Assembly (NCBI RefSeq): GCF_006345805.1
Contig: NW_021831695.1
Span: 1 to 37,304, forward strand
Reading direction: 5' to 3'
Source: Octopus sinensis
Lineage: Eukaryota
DNA: 37,304 nucleotides
The notes beneath the pieces were generated by a model. The model made no database searches, was not told the DNA's origin, and saw nothing but the letters and a program-made list of their open reading frames with translations. This document shows, piece by piece, positions 13,246-26,112 of this stretch (position 1 is its first letter; each line of letters starts with the position of its first letter). A program made the position numbers and the translations under genes.

Positions 13246-13424
13246 TAAGTAGAGGTGCACGAAGCAGCGTTGAGTGAAATATATATGTCTGTGTGTACAA
13301 TTATGTATTACACGTCCGTGTACACTCGGACCTAGAAAGACTTTCTCCACAGAAATTGTTTTGGAAGAAAAACTCTCCTCACGTCATCGGACCGACCGTA
13401 GGGCACATGCGTTTCTTCATCGTT

Positions 13425-13610
13425 TTGCTTCACCACCCGTTTACTCTACTGAGTTGATCCATCCTTCGACAGACTTTGACTGTTGCCTTGCAAGTGTCAA
13501 ATGAAAACCATTTCCTTACCAAACTGGCTTGGTAGGATAGCAGGTTTACTCGCCGATGGTCTGACTATAGGGCAGGTTGTGTTGCGATTCATGTTATCAA
13601 TAACAGCCGT
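13425..13610. repeat. Dispersed repeat, same orientation as 17200-17370
   Basis: Shared blocks ccgtttactctac, ttgccttgcaagtgtcaaa, ttccttaccaa, ggtttactcgc and tatcaataaca; divergent and of unknown family. Confidence 0.75.
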
Positions 13611-14424
13611 TCTTATATCTAAACAGAGAATCAGGGCCGGATTAAGACCCATGAGCATCTAAGCACCTGAAGGATTTTGGTGTCCCCATCTATATGTATA
13701 ATTCAAACTATAAACCATAAAGTAAATCTTATTTTTGGAAATGAAACAAAACTAACAGTACTATGAAAAATAATATTTATTTTTGAATATTTCTACTTTA
13801 TATTTTGAAAAGTTCGACTGAAGGCGGTACTCCAGCATGGCCGCAGTCAAATGACTGAAACAAGTAAAAAAAAAATTTAGACTACAGGTCTGAAAACGTT
13901 AAACAGCTGTGTTTGTTATTGTCTTTCTACGTAGGAAAACAATAGTAGCTCACGGTTTGTTAATCATTTTTCGGTAGACAAGTAATCCTTTATACCATGT
14001 TTACGAAGCTAACTTAAAGCAAATCGGTATTTAAATCAAAGACAAAGAAGACCTTAGTTGCAATGGTGAAACTTATCTGCATACGACGTGTTCATCAACA
14101 ACGTACTTAAGCAATTAGTGAATATTTGTACGATAATGATTTCGCTTAAAGAATAGCGATACTAATAGCCAGTTGTTAGAATTCAATTTAATTATGCTTT
14201 AGAGTAAAACATCAGGTGAGTACGGAGCGTAATATCAAATAATAAACGACAAAAGAGTAGGAGCTGTGTATTTACTTACATTGTCATATAGCTGTTTCTG
14301 CTATAGATACATCGCACACAGAGTTGAGTGTTCGTCTGACTTCTTGTAACTTTCTTAGTTCCATTAAAGTGATTACATTAGTTTTGGTCTCCCTCCCTCT
14401 CTCTCTTTTTCTCTCTCTCTCTCA

Positions 14425-14458
<34 letters not shown>

Positions 14459-15541
14459 TACATATTATGTAGTCGTTCGTTACGGCCTGTCAGGAAGTTA
14501 CCATTACTCTTAGCAATATAGGTGACTCACCCAACCCGCTGGTCAGAGGTACATAATCTGTTCACTAATGGAGTTAAGTACACAGTATTTGTCAGCATGG
14601 TGCTTTTGAACGGCTCCAGTTGTGTCCACAAAGGGTCAGTTTATGTACGTTTTCCATTCGCTTGCCAGCAAGGGGGGATGCCACGTTTCCAACTCAAAAT
14701 TTCTATCATGAGGGTACCGAGTAAGCATTTCACATTTTGTATTTAAGAAGCCCATCCTCACGCCTTGATCATGCGAATTGTTTTAACATACTTTCCCTTT
14801 TGACTTAGCAAAGTGTACAGCGTCTGTTCCAAGAGCTTCCATTTAATCCAGTATGGCATTTCGAAAACAACTGGAACCGTTGAAAGTGAGATAACTCCGT
14901 CTCACTCTGAAGGGATATTAGCTTCCAAAAATTTTGTTTCGGTGATATTTTTCACCACCATACTGATAATGACTGTATTCTTACCTACATAAGATATTAA
15001 TTCTCAAAGAATTTTCGAAACTTCGAACAACATGCATACATACATACATACACACAAAAATACCCTGTTGTTGATGTTGAAATTCCAATGAAGGAGCCCT
15101 GAATCTAGGTTAGAAACCGGCTAAAAATAACTGACTAACAAAAAAGAAAAACCAACCAAGATTCAAACAAATCAAAAATAAAAACCCAAATGAACCATCC
15201 CGCTTCCATTGCGCACGCATACACACACACACACACACAAACATACACAAACACATTCGCATACCCACTTTTTACATACACACACATATATTCACACAGA
15301 GTTGAAACGCTGTTTGATTTTTTTTCAGCGTACAGTTACTACCCAGTATGACACCACACTTTCCTTTCCCATTCATAAACATTATTATAGAAGATTATCT
15401 CGGTAACCATGGGAGCTATGAAAAAATTACAAAGCCCAGCAACACCACCGGATCTTTCCACACATCTGTGTAATTTTTCGAGGAATTCCACCCACCCGTT
15501 TGACTGTGAAGCCCAAGACAAGAAAGAATCATCCATATCAA

Positions 15542-15642
<101 letters not shown>

Positions 15643-16547
15643 TGTGTATGTATGTATGTACATCACCCGTCCTTGTTTTTCTCCTGTCCTTTTTTGTATC
15701 GTCTAACCATCCGGATGATTTGTTGTCGCCTGTTGCGTTCTTGTTCAATATTTTGTATTCTTTTTTATATATACATATAGCGGCGTACGTACACTTTTAG
15801 TCTCTTATATGTAAATACAAATATATATATATATATATATAATATATATATATATAATATATATATATATTAAATTCTGCACCACTCTCTTATTCTGTCT
15901 TTCAGCCCCTTCATACTTACTTCCTTCTTTCCACTTTTCTTTTTCTCGCTTCCCTCCTCTCACATTTCTTGGCCTTCCCTTCATTCTCACCTTCCCTCCC
16001 TATCCCTTTTTTTCTTTCTTTCTCGTCCCTCCCTAATTCTTCTAGCCCTCTACCCACACCTATCCCCTCTCCTTCCACGTGACCAGTGTTCTGCCAAGCC
16101 TGACCTTTCTTTCTTGGCTCGACTACTATCCGTGCAACATCTATATTCCTTCCTATGACTTTCATCTCACGTCCCTGTTGTAAGGCTCCACTTTCACACA
16201 CGCCAGCTTAACTTGATTTGTCCTTTGTCGAAAGACACCTGTTGTTAATGTCTTGTTGTTTGTATTTGTATTTGTGTAACATTTCTCCGTTTATATTTTC
16301 GTCCTTGTTTTTTTATACATTAGCTTGCTTTTTTCCAAGGAGTCTAGTGGTCTTAGGTCAGATTTTCTTGAGGCCGGCCAAATTGAAGCAGTCTCGAGTG
16401 TAACCGGCCGAAACTGCTGAGAAAATCTGGAATTTGACTGAAGATAGTAAACTCCGAATGACCTTCCTTGTTTTATCTTGTCCTTTTTTGTATCGTCTAA
16501 CTGTCCGGATGTTTTGTTCCATCTTTTGTTTTCTTTATATATATGTG

Positions 16548-16610
<63 letters not shown>

Positions 16611-16689
16611 ATATATATATATATATGTATGTATGTATATATACATGCACATATATGTATTTTCTTTTATTTTTTCTTTTATTTGTCTA

Positions 16690-17045
16690 TTTGTTTCAGT
16701 CAGTTGACTGCGGCCATGCTGGAGCACCGCCTTTAGTCGAACAAGTCCACCCCAGGACATATATTTTAAGCCTAGTATTTATTCTATCGGTCTCTTTTGT
16801 CGAAACGCTAGGTTACGTGTATGTAAACGCACCACCACCACCACCTGTTGCCAAGCGGTGATGGCAGGGGCACGCACAAAGACATACACTATAGATACAT
16901 AGATATACGATGGGCTTTTTTCAGGTTCCATCTACCAAATCCAATCACAAGTATTCTATAGTAGTAGACACTTTTCCACTTAGTGGGACTGAACCCAGAA
17001 GAATGTGGTTGGGAAGCAAGTTTCCTAACACACAGTCACACCTGC
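16690..17045 (-). mobile_element. SINE family A, near full length with internal deletion
   Basis: Reverse complement of the tail (ttgtttcagtcagttgactgcggccatgctggagcaccgcc) and of the head (gggactgaaccc...gtggttgggaagc). Confidence 0.85.
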
Positions 17046-17775
17046 AACTAAATATGTGTGTGTGTGTGTGAGAGTGTGTGCGTGCGTGTGTGTGTGTGTA
17101 TGTATAGATAGATATCATTTTATATAATATCATATACATATGTGTGTGTTTGTGTGTTTGCATGTTTGTATCTAAATATATGTGTATGCATGTTTGATAG
17201 CCGTTTACTCTACAGCGTTCTGCGTTCATCTGCTCTTTGATAGGCTTTGACTTTTGCCTTGCAAGTGTCAAACGAAAACCACTTTCCTTACCAAGCAGGC
17301 TTGGGAAAATAGCCGGTTTACTCGCAGACAGCACAATTATGGGACAGGTTTTCTATGTTATCAATAACACTAATATCCAACAGCTGGATGTAAGAGAAAC
17401 TCATTCTTCATTTAGACATCTTTCTAGGAGAAAGAAAACTTTGATGTATCATGTACGTCTTCCTTTGCATTCAATGCTGCAGAATAATTCTTGTCTCTGG
17501 GTAATGGGTTAGTTGTTTGAAGACTGGAATTAACTCTGTGCAGGGCTTTTCTGCGATCTAAAAAGCTTGAGTCACAGGTATTATGTGTTGCATACTACGG
17601 TTGATCGTAGCTGAAAAATGCAAAAGATTTTATGAAAAATTCCATGACAGAATGAAGACTTGTGCCAGCATGATTGTCGCAAGTTCTTTGAATACTTACT
17701 GCAAGAGGTGTCCATCGTTACCGCATCTGTGTAAAAGAGTTAACCCCAAGCAGGACAGAAAAGCCACATACTTGT

Positions 17776-17830
17776 TGCTCATGTTTAAGAAAACAATCGA
17801 GCGATGGCATTGTTCTCTTAAACATGAGCA
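17776..17830. ncRNA. Near-perfect 22-bp hairpin, pre-miRNA-like candidate
   Basis: TGCTCATGTTTAAGAAAACAAT, an 11-nt loop, then ATTGTTCTCTTAAACATGAGCA. One A-C mismatch on plus, which becomes a G.U wobble on minus. Confidence 0.35.
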
Positions 17831-18769
17831 GAAATTGAACTGCATCCATTATACATGTATGTATATTAATTATTTCTTCTAAATTGGTCCTCCATCTGCA
17901 ATATATGTCAGTATATAGTATTTATTGTTCATGCTCTTTGATAAATAAAGAGTTATCAATATTCCTGTACGAAAGACAATTTTTTACGCTGATTAATGTT
18001 TTTTCGAATGTTATTTTATTGTGTATATTTCATGTGAATATATTATTCTATTGTATATCGTCCGTGTATATTTCGAATGGATAAAGTTTAAGAGTCCTGT
18101 TTTTATTTTACAATGCATTCATTAGAATAATATATTGCCTTCTGAAATGCTATAAATGCGTTGATGAAAGGCCTGATTGTTGTATCTTCTTTTTGTTCTC
18201 CAACCTCAGCACTTTGAACCAACGTGTACGATTTTGTGGGAGTTCTTTTATTTGACTGATCCCTAGAAGACGAAAAGGTGGGTGGTCCTCATTCATGGTT
18301 TTGCGTTTTCAGTTGAAAATAACGAGCTGTAAGCAAAATAAGCAAATAAATAAAATAAAATCACGTGACTGTCTGTTGTGCGTCTTCCAGAGGTAAAGTC
18401 AAACGATTCGTACACGCTAAAGTGTAGTGGCGAGATTCAAAGGTGTCCATAAGAAATGAAACCAATATTTTTGTCATTCTTTTCTGTGAATTAAAGTTGT
18501 GTCACGTCTTTGGCAGGGATCCAGAAGCAAACTCAAAGTTACAGTCTGAATGTTCTATAATAGTGGTAACTTCCTTATCAGTTTAATCTGAGGTTGTTTC
18601 GATCCTCGGTTAGTACCATCAACCTTCACCTGCACCTACGCTCCGTGGAATTTTTAGTTCCCATGAAGCGTCAGGAAAACTATTATTATACTTGATTAAT
18701 ATTTTGCTTTGCTTGATTTTATGCATTTGGCTTCGGTGATACAAGTACCAGTAATATAGAAAAAGATTT

Positions 18770-18810
18770 AATTCTATTGGCTACTTCCGTACTCGCATGT
18801 GCCAATCAAC
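18770..18810. promoter_or_regulatory. Compact promoter-motif cluster (two CCAAT boxes, ETS site, NRF1-like site)
   Basis: ATTGG at 18776-18780, ACTTCCG at 18783-18789, CGCATGTGC, and CCAAT at 18802-18806, all in a repeat-free island. Confidence 0.45.
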
Positions 18811-20059
18811 AACATGTATTTTTCGGATTTTTTTAAAACAGGTAAAATATTAACGATCAGATATTAAAAAACAGATCAAAAGATGTGTATTAAAATATAT
18901 ACGTTATATACCGTGATTTTAGTTTTTTAAGTTTTATTTTATTTTATATTTTTACCTTACACTATATATACTTGTGGGAGATATAATATTTAGAGAATGC
19001 GTTACTTTTATAACCGCCATGTTTATCGCAAAATGGAAACGAAGCGTAGCAAAACAAATCAGAAAGGAGCTCTTATACAGTCTCACTAAATAATTTCACT
19101 ATATGCACATTCCACACACGTGCTCAAACGATACCAGAAATCTTTTTTGGCGTGAGGTTCCAGTTTTCAATGTGTTTGGTTTTGTTAGCATTATTGCTAT
19201 AACCACATAGTGTATAAAAGATATGCCATTTGTAAATAAAACCTTTCTCCTACATTTTAATACTGTTTAAGCTAAAGGAAAAAAATACATAATGGGCATT
19301 TAAGTTTCATGTATACCTGATATATTTCTTAGGCATATTAAAAGCATTTAAGAATATATATATGTATGTTTATATATGAATAAAGAGAAGCATGTGGATA
19401 TATATCGATGTATCCATGTATTTTTGTGCGTGTATGTGTGTTGTTTACGTGCTTATGTGTATCTTGTATGTATCTTTTTATACATTATACATTTGATATT
19501 AGGGGCAGTCGCTTCTCAATCTTATAGTTTTAGGCTCAGCCCCACTGTCTGAAGTCTTGAACGAGTGTCTTCTATTATATCTCCAGGTCGACCAATGATT
19601 TATTAGAGAACTTCGCATGCGAAAAATCGTTTTGACAACCCGTTGCATGTGCAAGTGTGTGTATATGTGTGTATGTGTGTGCGTGTGTGCATGTTTGTGT
19701 GTGCGGGTGTGTGTACGTGTGTGTATGTATGTATGTATGTATGTATGTATGTATGTATGTATGTATGCATGTATGTATGTATGCATGTATGTATGTATGT
19801 ATGCATGTATGTGTCACCGTTTGACAACTGGGATTGACTTGTTTGTGTCCCGGCCAGTGGCGGCTCGTGTATAGGAACTGCAGAACTGCAGCACTTCTTA
19901 TTTCCCCTCTATATTATCGACAACATTCAATATAATGAGTCCTTCATTCTTCAATTCTTTCTTTATATTTGTACATTATATAATCCTTAAGCTTAATGTC
20001 AGCAGCCATTCCCTAGCTTATAAAAAAAAAATCCTTGTATAGAACTGTGTGCTTCACAG

Positions 20060-20186
20060 TTCCAGCGAAGCGGAGTTTGGCTATTGTGCGCATGCTCACA
20101 TGTCGAGGGAGAGAGAGCACCGCGTGAACGACTGTAGCGCTGCGTGAACGACAGTACCGACCCCGGTGAAACGGTGGAAGGTAATG
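20060..20186 (+). promoter_or_regulatory. CpG-rich putative promoter or first non-coding exon with splice donor
   Basis: About 15 CpG in about 155 bp of otherwise AT-rich DNA, an NRF1-like TGCGCATGCT, and AAG|GTAATG at 20180/20181 followed by a T-rich tract. Confidence 0.5.
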
Positions 20187-21250
20187 TTTCTTTTTGACTC
20201 GGCGTGTTTTCTGCTTTAAAACGTTTATATTTTTCAATGTGATAAAGTGTAGAATTAGATTATTATCCTGCCTCCAGCTTCAGTGTTGCTGCCAGGGTTT
20301 GAAAAATAGAGCACATTTCTACCCCTAAGTTTGTGATTTAGGGGGGATTTTTGAAAAACAAGGGGGAATTCGTGGCGGTGTGCAGTGAACAAATTAAACA
20401 CACTACCCGGAACTGGCTAAAACACAAACCGATCAACTTTATGTATAAATTTTCTTTTTATATGTTTGTTTCCTTTTATACAATATTAAAACAACGGCTA
20501 AAAATTTTCTAACTAATTTTATCTACGAGCCGCCTCTAGTCCCGGCAAAAATATTTGACCAATAGAAAATGTACTAAATTTTAAAAAATCAGTATCAGGG
20601 CTCTTGGAATTCCTGTTACAGTTTATGCCATAGGCTTCCATATAGTTTCCTTCTACTGAATTTCACTCACAATAAATACAACCGATCTGAAGCTAGAAAA
20701 ACACGTTTTCCTAGGATGCCAAACAACGAGATTGAATCCAGGACCCACGATTGTGAAACGACCTTTTAATCACCTGGTCATAATGTCGATGGTTTTGTGT
20801 GTGTGTGTGTATGTGTATGTGTGTGTTTGTGTGTGTGTGTGCGTGTGTGTGTGTCTGTGTGTGTGTGCGTGTATGTATGCATGGACCTATGTATATAAAG
20901 AGAAAGAAATAGAGGGGCGTACGCTTTTATGTTGCTATATACTAAAAAGTCCTGTTGCGACAGATCCTTTAAGTCGCTTGGGAGATAGAAGGGTGGAGCG
21001 TCTAACTTAAGAGTTTATAAATTTCTATTTTCCATGTATAATAGAATTATGCTTATATGCTTCCGCGCACACATGCACACACATACACTTGTATGTGTGC
21101 ATGTATGTACACACACACAAACACGCACACACACAAATATACACACACATATATCTGTGTATATATATGTATGGGTGTGTGTGTTTGTTTATATGTTTGT
21201 ATTATGTATACAAGTATATGCGTGTGTGGTAATTGCATGTGTGTGTATGT

Positions 21251-21289
<39 letters not shown>

Positions 21290-22149
21290 TGTGTGTGTAT
21301 GTCTATGTATAGATTTAAATTTATGGATGGACAGACAGGTGACATCAGAAGGATTGACGTATAGATGCATTTGACTATTCACTCACTATATACTTACTTT
21401 CACTACACTTATTAGACCGTTCACAATCATAAAATCCAATCACTCAGTGTTTGTAAAAATATTCTATTTCACGCTCGAAGAATTCGTGATTCTTCTTGAT
21501 TTCTTTTTTACTTTTTATTCTATTCTATTTATTTAATTTCCTTTCTTTCTTTCTTCATAACGTTATTTATTTATTCATCTTTGCTTTTCTCTAAGGAACA
21601 ATCCATGCTTGGGTGAATACATTTATCTAATCTCGTTTTCTACCCTTATTTTACGCTACTAATAGTCACTGTTTCAATTTATTACGCCTTAGAAGACTAA
21701 CAATACTTAAGTAAAAAGGAAACACAAGAATGAAAATTGCGCCTCAGAAAATGTGCCTCTTCTGGCTCTTCTAATATCTGTTGATAGTGTTATTGTTATT
21801 TCTTAAGTTACTGATGTTTTTTAGTTTTTAGACTTCACCCCAGATATGGCCCAGTGAAGCAAACCTAATAATCAAAGGCGCTTCAGCCATAAGCATCCTG
21901 CCCCTTATTTTCATTTAGTCATGTATTATTTGCGACTGTATTAGACATTTATGGGTTGTTTATTTTTTAAAGACCATAGTATGGGGGTTCCAACGGGTTA
22001 TTTTTCTTGTGGGTCGAAAGAACTCTAAAAGGGTCCCACGCTGACTTATCATTGCTGTTGCTGCAGCTGCTGTTGTTGTTGTTACAAGGATCTCTGTAAT
22101 TAATAGTGAATATTAATTTGAAAATTTGTCACACGGACAGCAATTTTAC

Positions 22150-22312
22150 GGGAGCAAATAAGTCGATTGTATCGACCCCAGTGCTCAACCTATACTTATT
22201 TTATCAGCGCCAAAATAAAAAAAAAGGAAAGTCAACCTTGGCGGAATTTGAACTCAGGATACCGTTAAGTAATTTGTCCAGCATGCTAACGCTTCTGCCA
22301 ACTCTCCGTCTT
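22150..22312 (-). mobile_element. SINE family C, degenerate
   Basis: gtcaaccttggcggaatttgaactcag and gctaacgcttctgccaactc match the copy at 31990-32220. Confidence 0.8.
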
Positions 22313-22811
22313 AATGCTTAGTGAATATTACCAATTATACTTAGACTGACGTCGCTGAAATACTTGTTTAAACCTCATGTCGATTATTGTGGCCAGCTTT
22401 ACAGTAAATGTGTTAGAGCATTTCGTTTTGTGTCTCTTGTTCTTCGGTTCAAATCTTACACTGACTTTGTTTTTCATGCCCTCTTCGGTTATTAAATAAG
22501 TACGAATAATATTCTGGTGGCGATAATATTGTATCTTGTTCCAAAGGTCATGTATCTAGATGAAATAAATCATCATTGTGTATATTAGTGTTGCTGTTTA
22601 GTTCTAAGGTGAATCTGTAGAAAGCCGACCTATCATCAAAAGTCATCGTCATCATTGGCACTTGGCAACTGTGGTTCAAAGTCACCATCCTCCTTCATAC
22701 ATTATAACTTTCATAATCACTTGAGTCCCATAGTCAAATGACTAGTCATGGTCATCTAAGACCATTCCAGTCATGCTTATCTGAAATGAGAGGGAGAGAG
22801 AGAGAGAGAGA

Positions 22812-22849
<38 letters not shown>

Positions 22850-24187
22850 TGTGTGTGTGTGTATGTGTGTGTGTGTGTTACAAAAGCATTTTCCACCCCA
22901 GGACTTGGCAGGTAGCATATTTATATCGTCTACGAAAAGATAAAGTTGAGCGCAGCAGGATTTGAACTCAGAGATTCCAAAAGACTTTTTATGCAGTGTT
23001 CTAACATCTCAGCTAAATCTTGACCTTAGAGAAAATGGTTTGAGAAAAGTTAGAAAGAGGAGGAGCAGGTTTTTTAAGTGAATGGTACTCATTAAGAATG
23101 GTTGGTTAATATTCTGTGCTATGCTGTATCAGTGATCAAGACAATATTTACCTTATATTGACTGAGTTCACCCAGTGTTAGACATTAGTTTAACTCCCGA
23201 GCCTACACTAAGCAAAATTATGATCAAAAGTGCTTTACTTATTGCCATTCATATCCTTCTTTAAGGAATTGCATCTCTAGGACTACATTAACCATTCATT
23301 CATTATCAAGAGAATACTTGAGGAAAATTTTGCGTTATAACTTCTGGAACTTTCCTGATAAGCACTGTATTCGTCAAATAATTTTTGCGGCATAATTTTG
23401 CATTAGCCACTCTCCAGTTGATTAGTATTGTTCAGTGCCATATCAGTTCTGCAAGTGCTAACCTATGATTAAAATATGTTCAAGCCGCATCCTTCTGTTT
23501 TATTTAAAGAAAAATGCATCATGCAATCTGGCCCTCTATTTTCAAAAACTCTGAGGCGTGTGATGTAATTTTAATATGGCGTTCGACACGATAGGAGGTC
23601 CGAAGGTGGTATGATGGATTCTCCGGTCGATTTCCCTGTATGAATCTCCATTTGTTCGATCAACAAGACAACCTGGTCATTGATGTAGTGTACAAAGTAA
23701 CTGAGTACTCCATGAAAACGTGTGCTCTTAATCTAATTGTAAGATAGAATCAACGTTTCATAGGGTGTGACTAAATTGACCTTTGAATTATTGATGAAGA
23801 CCATTTGATAAGCTTCAACACAGTTTTTGTTTACTCAAATTCATTCAAAAGGCTTGGGTTGACAGGTGACTATGGTGAATGAACTTGTGCAATATACCGC
23901 GCTAGAGGGTTGAGACTAGGTCTTCATTGTTGCAAAGCGGACATTTTAACTACTCAGATATGCTTGCATTTACAACTCGTGGATAATTAATCCCATGAAA
24001 AGCAAATAAGTTCAACGAACAACATCTGGAACTTTCCTGGCAGGCATTGTATTCGTCAAAGAATTTATGCGGCATAACTTAAAAAGCTACCCCATTGTTT
24101 TACTTCAGATGTTTTCTAAAAGAAAACTTGTCAGTTATAATTTATTTTGAGAGAGAAGTACGTTATATATATGTATATATATATACA

Positions 24188-24676
24188 TGTATCACCGTGA
24201 TCGACCAGGCTATCAGATGTTGCTACACATCGCTGGTCACAATGTGCTTCGTATTGTTTTATCCTTCAAATGACGCCACCCCGCTGACTACAGAATACAG
24301 CAAGGATCGCCACCACTCCTGCCGGAAGCTCGTGGAGCTTTAGGTGTTTTCGCTCAATAAACACTCACAACGCCCGGTCTGGGAATCGAAAGCGCGATTC
24401 TACAACCACGAATCCGTTGTAGAATCGCGCTTTCGATTCCCAGACCGGGTGTTGTGAGTGTTTATTGAGCGAAAATACCTAAAGCTCCACGAGCCTCCGG
24501 CAGGGGTGTTGGCGGATCTTGCTGTATTCTTTTGCTACAACTTTCTCTCACTCTTTCTTCTGTTGGCCCGCTCGCTTAGTCAGCGGGGTGGCGTCATTTG
24601 AAGGCTAAAACAATACGAAGCACATTGTGACCAGCGATGTGTAGCAACATCTGATAGCCTGGTCGATCACGGTGAT

Positions 24677-24679
<3 letters not shown>
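24188..24679. mobile_element. SINE family B fold-back (two head-truncated arms in inverted orientation, 9-nt spacer)
   Basis: Left arm 24188-24406 (minus), spacer CACGAATCC, right arm 24416-24679 (plus). Confidence 0.9.
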
Positions 24680-24733
<54 letters not shown>

Positions 24734-24772
24734 ATATTATATATATATATATAATATATATATATATATATA

Positions 24773-26055
24773 CGAGTGGCGTTCAATAAGTAATGCCCCT
24801 GACCCACTTCCCATAGCAGTAGAGCAACGAAACTTGGCACAGTTATTAGTCTTTTTCTACATAGGAACCACCCAGAGTTACGCATTTCTCCCATCGTTTG
24901 ATGCGGCTCTGGAGACCGTTTTTATAGAAGAACCCAGCTTGGTCCTCCAACCTCAACGTGACTTCAGAAATCAAGGCTGCATCATCTGGGAAACGCTTTC
25001 CTTTCAAAAACAACTTCATGATTGGGAAGAGGTGAAAATCAGAGGGTGCAAGGTCAGGAAAGTAGGGGGGATGGGGAGGAGTTCATAGCCATACGCCTGT
25101 GCTTCTGATCTGGCGACAAGCGAGTTGTAGACCGGAGCGTTGTCCTGCAGGAGGAGGATGCCTTTGCTGATCTTGCCCCGCCTCTTGATTTTGATAACTT
25201 CTCTTAATTTCCTCAAAAGTGAAGCATAATAGGCTCCTGCAATTGTGGTACCCTTTGCCAGGAAATCTGTCATCACTACTCCGTCCTGGTCCCAGAAGAC
25301 TGTGAGCATGACCTTGCCAGCGGAGGGCTGCACCCTTGCCTTCTTTGGAGGGGGTGAGTCACGGTGCTTCCACTGCATTGACTGGGCTTTGGTCTCTGGA
25401 TCATCGTGATGGACCCAGGTTTCATCCTGTGTAATCAGTCTTTTGAAAAATTTTGACTCATCTTCTTGGCACATCTCCAAATTCACCCTCGAGCACTCGA
25501 CGCGTTCTTGCTTCTGGAAAGGCGTGAGCAACCTGGGAATCCATCTGGCAGACACCTTTTGCATATGCAAATGGTCATGAATGATAGTTTCCACATACCC
25601 GGTACTAATCTTGACCTCATGGGCTATTTGGCGAATAATTATGCGTCGATCTTCCAAAATGGCAGCCTCAACTTGACGGACAGATGCCTCATCAATGGCA
25701 GAAGGGGGCGACCAGATCTGGGAGCTGTTTCCACAGAGTTCCGACCATGTTTGAATTCACGATGCCAGCGTTTTACAAGGTCATATGATGGGGCATCATC
25801 ACCATAAGTTACTTTCATTTCATCAAAAGTCTCCCGTGGTGTGCGTCCTTTCAAATACAAAAACCGGATCACTGCTCGACACTCAACAGGCTCCATTTCA
25901 CACTTGACTCGGTTCAAACACCTGTAAACCACAATTAATTCAGAGCTGTAATTTGCCACTTACTCTATAGAGATATAAATGATTGCACATGCAAAATTTC
26001 AGCTAGATCAAACAACTGCAAGTGGATCAGAGGCATTACTTATTGAACGTCCCTC

Positions 26056-26056
<1 letters not shown>
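24773..26056 (-). mobile_element. Full-length mariner (D,D34D-type) transposon, about 1.28 kb
   Basis: TIRs of about 30 bp (CGAG(T/G)G(G/A)CGTTCAATAAGTAATGCC(C/T)CTGA) with a flanking TA on each side, embedded in (TA)n. Confidence 0.97.
24846..25896 (-). pseudogene. Mariner transposase with two frameshifts
   Basis: Runs from MEPVECRAVIRFL through WIPRLL, TQDETW, QDNAP and PDLAPSDFHLFP to GGSYVEKD*. Frameshifts lie near 25700 (after RSGRP) and near 25070 (in the HPPYSPDLAP motif). Confidence 0.93.
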
Positions 26057-26109
<53 letters not shown>

Positions 26110-26112
26110 TAT

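Noticed and set aside
15080-15125. ccaatgaaggagccctgaatctaggttagaaaccggc as an HHR-like motif
   Set aside because: Two core mismatches, a weak stem II, and no NUH triplet or stem I.
18560-18660. U2 snRNA-like string CTTATCAGTTTAAT-CTGA with a downstream AATTTTTAG Sm-like site
   Set aside because: It lacks the GTAGTA branch-site sequence and the U2 5' end, and the spacing to the Sm-like site does not fit. A short chance match or an unrecognisable relic.
23344-24077. Direct repeat of about 52 bp (23344-23395 and 24026-24077)
   Set aside because: Only two diverged copies about 680 bp apart, consistent with fragments of a dispersed repeat; not an array or CRISPR.
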